From Planctomycetia bacterium (lineage in GTDB: Bacteria; Planctomycetota; Phycisphaerae; Phycisphaerales; SM1A02): a DNA stretch of 31,297 bases. The stretch is taken from assembly GCA_005798965.1 (NCBI GenBank), contig SYIB01000062.1:1-31297 (forward strand), written 5' to 3'. Positions 26,170 through 31,297 of this stretch are shown in pieces. The position numbers and the translations under genes were made by a program. The notes beneath the pieces were generated by a model, which was not told the DNA's origin, did not search any database, and saw only the letters and a list, made by a program, of their open reading frames with translations. The first letter of the stretch is position 1. Every line of letters starts with the position of its first letter.

Positions 26170-26733
26170 TCAGGCGCCGAAGGCCTTGCCCTGCTTGCGC
26201 TGGATGACTTCGTCGGAGTACTTGACGCCCTTGCCGTTGTACGGCTCAGGCTTGCGCTTGCTGCGGATGAGCGAAGCGAAGGCGCCGACCTTCTGACGGT
26301 CGATGCCGGTGATGGTCACGTTCACGCCCTGCTCGACGGCCACGGTCAGGCCATCGGGAATGGCGAGCTCGATCGCGTCGGCATAGCCGAGCTTGAGGGT
26401 GATCTTCTTGCCGGCGACCTTGGCATCCCAGCCGACGCCGACGATCTCGAGCTTGCGCTCGTAGCCCTTGGTCACGCCAGCGACCATGTTGTTCAGGGTC
26501 GCGCGGGTGGTACCCCAGTAGGCGCGGCGGTTGCCCATCTCGAGCTTGGCCGGATCATCGACCGTGCAGGTGATGGACTTGTCAGCCTCGCTGAAGGAGA
26601 CCTTCACCTCGGGGCGGTGGACGAAGCTGGTCTTGCCCTTGGGCCCTTCGATGCTGACGGTGCGGCTGGCGGCGTTGACCGCGACCTTCACCCCGCCGGG
26701 GACCGGGATCGACTTCTTTCCGATGCGTGACAT
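26170..26733 (-). CDS. rplF: 50S ribosomal protein L6
   Basis: ATG 26733 (SD AGGAG). 'MSRIGKKSI', 'WGTTRA', 'RKPEPYNGKGV'. Confidence 0.99.
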   Translation of the reverse strand: MSRIGKKSIPVPGGVKVAVNAASRTVSIEGPKGKTSFVHRPEVKVSFSEADKSITCTVDDPAKLEMGNRRAYWGTTRATLNNMVAGVTKGYERKLEIVGVGWDAKVAGKKITLKLGYADAIELAIPDGLTVAVEQGVNVTITGIDRQKVGAFASLIRSKRKPEPYNGKGVKYSDEVIQRKQGKAFGA

Positions 26734-26758
26734 GGTTCGCTCCTGTTGTTCCGGTGGT

Positions 26759-27157
26759 TCAGCTGACGGTGGCCACGACTTCGCCGCCAACGCGCATCTC
26801 GCGCGCCTTGCGGTCGCTCATGACGCCACGGCTCGTGCTCACGATGGCGATGCCGAGACCCTGCTGCGGACGCGGCAGCGAGTCACAGCCCCTGTAGATA
26901 CGGCAACCCACGCTCGAGACGCGCTCGAGGCGGTGGATCAGGCTTTCGCCGCGGTCGCCGTACTTGAGGGCGACGCGAAGCACGCCCTGCCGGCCGTCGT
27001 CGACGACCTCGAAGCTGCTGAGGTAACCCTCGTCCACGAGCACCTGGAGGATGCCGCGGTTCAGCTTGTTGTTCAGGCAGGTCACACTCTTGCGGTTCTG
27101 CTTCACCGCATTGCGGATGCGGGTGAGCATGTCGGCAGTCAGGTCTTGGAGGCTCAT
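26759..27157 (-). CDS. rpsH: 30S ribosomal protein S8
   Basis: 'ADMLTRIRNA', 'GLGIAIVSTSRGVMSD', 'VGGEV'. Confidence 0.99.
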   Translation of the reverse strand: MSLQDLTADMLTRIRNAVKQNRKSVTCLNNKLNRGILQVLVDEGYLSSFEVVDDGRQGVLRVALKYGDRGESLIHRLERVSSVGCRIYRGCDSLPRPQQGLGIAIVSTSRGVMSDRKAREMRVGGEVVATVS

Positions 27158-27182
27158 GTGTTGCTCCTGGGTTCGGTGTCGA

Positions 27183-27368
27183 TCACCAGCTCGCCTTGCG
27201 CATGCCCGGGATGAGGCCCTGGAGGGCCAGCTCGCGGAGCATGATGCGACTGATGCGGAACTTGCGGTAATAGCCGCGCGCGCGGCCGGTCAGCTCGCAG
27301 CGATTGCGCTTGCGGGTGCTGAACTTGGGGGTCTGCTTCATTCGAGCGAAGGTGCGCTTGCTTGCCAT
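27183..27368 (-). CDS. rpsN: 30S ribosomal protein S14, 61-aa form lacking three of four Zn ligands
   Basis: '[47 protein letters not shown]'; lies between rplE and rpsH. Confidence 0.97.
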   Translation of the reverse strand: MASKRTFARMKQTPKFSTRKRNRCELTGRARGYYRKFRISRIMLRELALQGLIPGMRKASW

Positions 27369-27385
27369 GGTTGGTCCTTCGTTGG

Positions 27386-27991
27386 TCAGGCGATGCGCTT
27401 GCCGTTCTCGTCACGCCGTTCGAAGGGCATGCCGAGCTCACCGAGGGCAAAGCGGCTCATCTTGGGGTTGCTGTTGCGGAACACGATGTTGATGTTCATG
27501 CCATGGCTGAAGTTGACGTTCGCCATGTTGATCTCGGGCCACACCGACTGCTCGGTCAGGCCGCAGGAGTACGAGCCGCCCTTGTCGAAGGCGCGGTCGC
27601 CAAGACCGCGGAAGTCCTTGATGCGGGGCGTGGCCAGGTTGATGAAGCGATCCATGAAGGACCACATGCGCTCGCGGCGCAGGGTGACCATGAAGCCGCT
27701 CGGGGCGCCTTCGCGCACCTTGAAGTTGCTCACGCTCTTCTTCGCGAGCACCATGATCGGCTTCTGGCCGCTGATGGTCTTCAGCGTGCCGATGACCGTG
27801 TCGCGGTACTCGGGCTTGAGCTTCTGGTTCTCGAGCTGCTTGCCGACGCCCACGTTGATCACGACCTTCTCGATCGTGGGCGCTTGGTTGACGTTGCTCA
27901 GGCCGAACTCCTTCAAGAGCTTCGGCGTGACGGTCTCAGCGAACAGCTGCTGAAGCCGGGGGGTCGGGGTGGATGGGACGGCGTGAGGCAT
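27386..27991 (-). CDS. rplE: 50S ribosomal protein L5
   Basis: ATG 27991 (SD GGAG). '[10 protein letters not shown]', 'ISGQKP', 'NFKVREG', 'VTLRR', 'PRIKDFRG'. Confidence 0.99.
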   Translation of the reverse strand: MPHAVPSTPTPRLQQLFAETVTPKLLKEFGLSNVNQAPTIEKVVINVGVGKQLENQKLKPEYRDTVIGTLKTISGQKPIMVLAKKSVSNFKVREGAPSGFMVTLRRERMWSFMDRFINLATPRIKDFRGLGDRAFDKGGSYSCGLTEQSVWPEINMANVNFSHGMNINIVFRNSNPKMSRFALGELGMPFERRDENGKRIA

Positions 27992-28008
27992 GGTGGTAGC
28001 TCCGGGGC

Positions 28009-28356
28009 TCACTTGGCCTTCTTGGCGGTGCGGGGACCGTGCAGCGTGGAGAGTTCGGCACCGTTGCGGGCCGCCACGCGCACCTTCGAGCCGTCGGCCT
28101 TCGAGGCAAAGCGCACGCGGGTGGGCTTGCCATCGACGACCGGGCTCACGTTGCTCATATGGATGGGCAGTTCCATCTCGACGATCGCGCCCTGCGGTCG
28201 GCCCTGGGTGGGCTTCAGATGGCGCTTGTGGATGTTCACGCCGCGCACCACGACCCGGCTGGCCTTGGTGTCGACCGAGACGATCTCGCCGGTCTTGCCC
28301 TTGTCGTCACCGGCGGTGACGATGACCACGTCACCCTTCTTCACGTGCGCTGGCAT
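28009..28356 (-). CDS. rplX: 50S ribosomal protein L24
   Basis: 'HVKKGDVVIVTAGDDKGKTG', 'VRGVN', 'ELPIHMSNV'. Confidence 0.99.
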   Translation of the reverse strand: MPAHVKKGDVVIVTAGDDKGKTGEIVSVDTKASRVVVRGVNIHKRHLKPTQGRPQGAIVEMELPIHMSNVSPVVDGKPTRVRFASKADGSKVRVAARNGAELSTLHGPRTAKKAK

Positions 28357-28742
28357 CAGACCACCTCCGTCGCAAGGCTGACGATCTTCATGTAGTTCTT
28401 CTCGCGCAGCTCGCGGGCGACCGCACCGAAGATGCGAGTGCCGCGGGGGTTGCCATCATCGTCGATGAGCACGCAGGCGTTCGTGTCGAAACGAACATAG
28501 CTGCCATCGTCGCGGCGGACCGGATAGGAAGCACGCACGATCACGGCCTTGGCCTTGTCGCCGCTCTTCACGTCGCCGTTGGGGATCGCGCTCTTGACGG
28601 CCACGACGACCTTGTCGCCGACGGTCATGGTGAGACGGCGGAAGCGGCCGCGGGCGGTGCTCGCGCCGAGCACGCCGATGACCATCACTTCCTTGGCGCC
28701 GCTGTTGTCAGCGACATCGAGCCTGGATTCTTTTTGGATCAT
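28356..28742 (-). CDS. rplN: 50S ribosomal protein L14
   Basis: '[17 protein letters not shown]', '[10 protein letters not shown]', '[15 protein letters not shown]'. Confidence 0.99.
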   Translation of the reverse strand: MIQKESRLDVADNSGAKEVMVIGVLGASTARGRFRRLTMTVGDKVVVAVKSAIPNGDVKSGDKAKAVIVRASYPVRRDDGSYVRFDTNACVLIDDDGNPRGTRIFGAVARELREKNYMKIVSLATEVV

Positions 28743-28757
28743 GTCAGTTGCCGGGCG

Positions 28758-29069
28758 TCAGGCGCCCGCCTCCTCTGGCTTGTATTCGAGTCCGGTCGGC
28801 GCACGCTCGACGATGCGGACGAGCGCCCACGACTTCGTCTTGGACACGGGGCGGCACTCAGCGACCTCGACGCGGTCGCCGCGGCGGCTCTCGTTGTTCT
28901 CGTCGTGCACGTGCAGCACCGTCCGGCGCTGGACGAACTTGTTGTAGCGCGGGTGCTTGGCGACGTACGCCACGACGACCTTGCGCGTCTTGCTGGTGCG
29001 GTCGCTCTCGACCACGCCCACCACGCGGGGGCTGTTCTCAGGCAGCACCAGGGGCTTCTTCAGGCTCAT
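28758..29069 (-). CDS. rpsQ: 30S ribosomal protein S17
   Basis: 'GVVESD', 'HPRYNKFV', 'HDENN', 'GDRVEVAECRPVSKTKSW'. Confidence 0.98.
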   Translation of the reverse strand: MSLKKPLVLPENSPRVVGVVESDRTSKTRKVVVAYVAKHPRYNKFVQRRTVLHVHDENNESRRGDRVEVAECRPVSKTKSWALVRIVERAPTGLEYKPEEAGA

Positions 29070-29272
29070 CGGGCGGTCTCCTTCTGGGTGGCACGGGTGT
29101 TCTGCTCGGTGAGCAGGCGGGCCACGTCACGCTTGATCTTGCCGAACTGCGAGTGATCGTTGACCTTCTCGACCATGGTCTGCACGCGGAGGTCGTACAG
29201 GCGGCGCTTGAGCCCCTGCACCTCGGCGGAGATCTGCTCGTCGGTCAGCTTGCGGATGTCCTTGGCTTCCAT
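29066..29272 (-). CDS. rpmC: 50S ribosomal protein L29
   Basis: ATG 29272 (SD GAGG). MEAKDIRKLTDEQI...KIKRDVARLLTEQN. Confidence 0.96.
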   Translation of the reverse strand: MEAKDIRKLTDEQISAEVQGLKRRLYDLRVQTMVEKVNDHSQFGKIKRDVARLLTEQNTRATQKETAR

Positions 29273-29297
29273 GTCTGGTTCCTCGGTTGGTCCTGGG

Positions 29298-29717
29298 TCA
29301 GACGGCCAGCCGGCGGCCGACGAAGCGGCAGCGGATGGGCATCTTGTGGGCGACGCGGGCGAGGGCCTGCTTGGCAAGCTCCTCGGACACGCCGGCGATC
29401 TCGAACAGCATTGTGCCGGGCTTCACGCAGGCCGCCCAATAGTCGACGTCGGCCTTGCCGGTACCCATTCGGGTTTCCAGCGGCTTCTTCGAGATGGACT
29501 TGTGCGGGAAGACGCGGATGTACAGCTTGCCTTGGCGACGCAGGAAGTGCTGGGCGGCGATACGGCCGGCTTCGATCTGGCGCCCGCTCACCCAGTGGGT
29601 GTCGAGGGCCTGAAGGCCGTAGTCGCCATAGGCGACGTAGTTGCCGCGCGTGGCGTTGCCCTTCATCTTGCCGCGCTGCATCTTGCGGTGCTTGACTCGT
29701 TTTGGCATCAAGGCCAT
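29298..29717 (-). CDS. rplP: 50S ribosomal protein L16
   Basis: 'MPKRVKHRKMQRG', 'QIEAGRIA', 'RVFPHK', 'ETRMGTGK', 'KPGTMLFE'. Confidence 0.99.
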   Translation of the reverse strand: MALMPKRVKHRKMQRGKMKGNATRGNYVAYGDYGLQALDTHWVSGRQIEAGRIAAQHFLRRQGKLYIRVFPHKSISKKPLETRMGTGKADVDYWAACVKPGTMLFEIAGVSEELAKQALARVAHKMPIRCRFVGRRLAV

Positions 29718-29755
29718 GGTTCAGTCCTCTCTAGGTCCGTTGATCGTTGGAAAAC

Positions 29756-30460
29756 TCAGCGACGTCCGCGGGCGCGCGCACGGCCGCCGGCAGCCTTCGA
29801 CTGGTATTCCTCTTCCTGGTTGCTCGAGTACAGGCCCTTGAACACCCACACCTTGACGCCGATGACGCCGTAGGGGGTGGATGAGTGGGCGACGGCGTAA
29901 TCGACATGTGCCTGCAAGGTGGTCAGCGGGATGCTGCCCAGGCGCGAGTCGAGCTGGCGGCTCATTTCGGCGCCGCCGAGGCGGCCCGACAGGAGGATGC
30001 GGATCCCCTTCGCGCCGTTCTGGATGGCGTTCTCGCAGCGCATCTTCAGCACGCGACGGAAGTTCGCTCGCTTCTTGAGCTGCTCGCCCATGGTCTCGGC
30101 GATCAGCTTGGCATCGATTTCCGGGTTGCGGACTTCGACGACCTGCACGGCGACCTTGCGGCCGGTGAGCACTTGGAGCTCGTTGACGAGCTGCTCACGG
30201 CTGGCGCCCTTCTGGCCCAGCACCTGGCCGGGACGCGCGGTCTTGATGATGACCGTCAGCTCCTCGCGGGTGCGCTCGATGTGAATGTCGCTCACCGCGG
30301 CGAAGGGCGGCGTGCGGTTGAGGCGCTTGTCGATGTACGCGCGGATCTTGTGGTCCTCGACCAACAGCTCGCCGAAGAGCGCCTTGGGGGCGAACCAGCG
30401 GCTCTTGTGGGCTTCGGTGACGCCGACGCGGAAGCCGAACGGATGAACTTTCTGTCCCAT
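29756..30460 (-). CDS. rpsC: 30S ribosomal protein S3
   Basis: 'MGQKVHPFGFR', 'TARPGQVLG', 'SGRLGGAEMSR', 'IPLTTLQAHVDY', 'YGVIGVKVW'. Confidence 0.99.
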   Translation of the reverse strand: MGQKVHPFGFRVGVTEAHKSRWFAPKALFGELLVEDHKIRAYIDKRLNRTPPFAAVSDIHIERTREELTVIIKTARPGQVLGQKGASREQLVNELQVLTGRKVAVQVVEVRNPEIDAKLIAETMGEQLKKRANFRRVLKMRCENAIQNGAKGIRILLSGRLGGAEMSRQLDSRLGSIPLTTLQAHVDYAVAHSSTPYGVIGVKVWVFKGLYSSNQEEEYQSKAAGGRARARGRR

Positions 30461-30472
30461 GTGTTGCTCCGG

Positions 30473-30802
30473 TTACTTGATGTCCACCGCCACGATGATG
30501 TGGCTGGTGCGCTTCATGATCGGGTGTGCACGACCGCGGTCCTTCTGCTGGAACCGCTTGATGGTCGGGCCTTCGTCGACACGGCTCTCGACCACGATCA
30601 GGCGCGCAACGTCGGCGCTGGCCTGCTCGGCGTTCGCGATGGCGCTCTTGAGCACGCCCTGCACGAAGTAGGCGCCGCGACGCTTCGAGAACTCGAGTTC
30701 GGTCAGCGCATCGGCGACGCCGCGGCCACGGATCAGGTCAGCGACCAGACGGGCCTTGCGCGGCGCGATGCGGCAGAACTTGTGTGATGCCTTGTATGCC
30801 AT
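30473..30802 (-). CDS. rplV: 50S ribosomal protein L22
   Basis: 'APRKARLVADLIRG', 'LKSAIANA', 'VDEGPTIKR', 'KRTSHI'. Confidence 0.99.
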   Translation of the reverse strand: MAYKASHKFCRIAPRKARLVADLIRGRGVADALTELEFSKRRGAYFVQGVLKSAIANAEQASADVARLIVVESRVDEGPTIKRFQQKDRGRAHPIMKRTSHIIVAVDIK

Positions 30803-30826
30803 GGTGGTGTCCTCGGCGGACCGCGA

Positions 30827-31117
30827 TCAGCCCTTGCTGCCTTCCGCGATGCCTTCCTTCTTGTTGGTGTGTCCCTTGAAGGTCTTCGTGAGCGAGAACT
30901 CGCCCAGCTTGTGGCCGACCATGTCCTCGGTGCAATACACGTCGATGAACTTGCGGCCGTTGTGGACCTGGAACGTAAACCCGACGAACTCGGGGACGAT
31001 GGTGCACGCGCGCGACCAGGTCTTGATCGCGGTGCGCTTGGTGCTGCCCGAGGCCTTCTCCACCTTGCGGTAGAGCTTCTCGTCGACGAACGGGCCCTTC
31101 TTCAGTGATCGTGACAT
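30827..31117 (-). CDS. rpsS: 30S ribosomal protein S19
   Basis: '[12 protein letters not shown]', '[10 protein letters not shown]', 'HNGRKF', '[11 protein letters not shown]'. Confidence 0.99.
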   Translation of the reverse strand: MSRSLKKGPFVDEKLYRKVEKASGSTKRTAIKTWSRACTIVPEFVGFTFQVHNGRKFIDVYCTEDMVGHKLGEFSLTKTFKGHTNKKEGIAEGSKG

Positions 31118-31135
31118 GGTTCAGAGTCCTGTGGT

Positions 31136-31297
31136 TCAGATCTTGAGCTGGCCGTAGCGGCGGCTGACACGACGGCGCAGGATGCGCTTGTCGCTGGACT
31201 TGCCATAGCGGCGGGTACGACCGCCCTTGGACTGCGTGCCTGATGCGTTGGTCGGCTCCTGGCCGCCCTTGGAACGGCCTTCACCACCACCGTGCGG
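31136..31297 (-). CDS. rplB: 50S ribosomal protein L2, C-terminal 53 aa (5'-truncated by the window edge)
   Basis: Manual translation: PHGGGEGRSKGGQEPTNASGTQSKGGRTRRYGKSSDKRILRRRVSRRYGQLKI*. 'HPHGGGEG' is the L2 signature. Confidence 0.96.
   Translation of the reverse strand, partial: PHGGGEGRSKGGQEPTNASGTQSKGGRTRRYGKSSDKRILRRRVSRRYGQLKI

Overview
A 31.3 kb, high-GC bacterial core-genome segment, most likely from a planctomycete of the Phycisphaerae/Phycisphaerales type. This is inferred from the RpoA N-terminus MHIRWRGLELP, a large L17 insertion, the ECF sigma type and a VWA/ExbBD module. Left to right it contains: (i) a minus-strand envelope operon: membrane-anchored VWA protein, secreted helical-repeat protein, ExbB/TolQ/MotA, two ExbD, and a second secreted helical protein truncated at the left edge; (ii) pyrH-frr-nrdR, thrS, and infC with a probable ATC start and a long structured leader; (iii) a compact arginine operon argR-C-B-F-G-H(A)-J with an ArgH-GNAT (ArgA) fusion; (iv) a convergent ECF sigma factor plus an uncharacterised partner, and pheS without pheT; (v) the S10-spc-alpha ribosomal superoperon from the 3' end of rplB to rplQ. 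No tRNA, rRNA, CRISPR array or mobile element was seen. Best leads: the VWA protein has TonB/TolA architecture (TM S-x3-H-x6-L motif, Pro-rich linker) and may be a novel force transducer for an ExbB-ExbD-ExbD motor; the ArgH domain has substitutions at normally invariant substrate-binding residues; a ~175-nt foldable RNA lies upstream of infC; the ECF sigma has an orphan partner gene; and S14 and L36 lack zinc ligands. All family assignments are from motif recognition by eye; no database searches were run.
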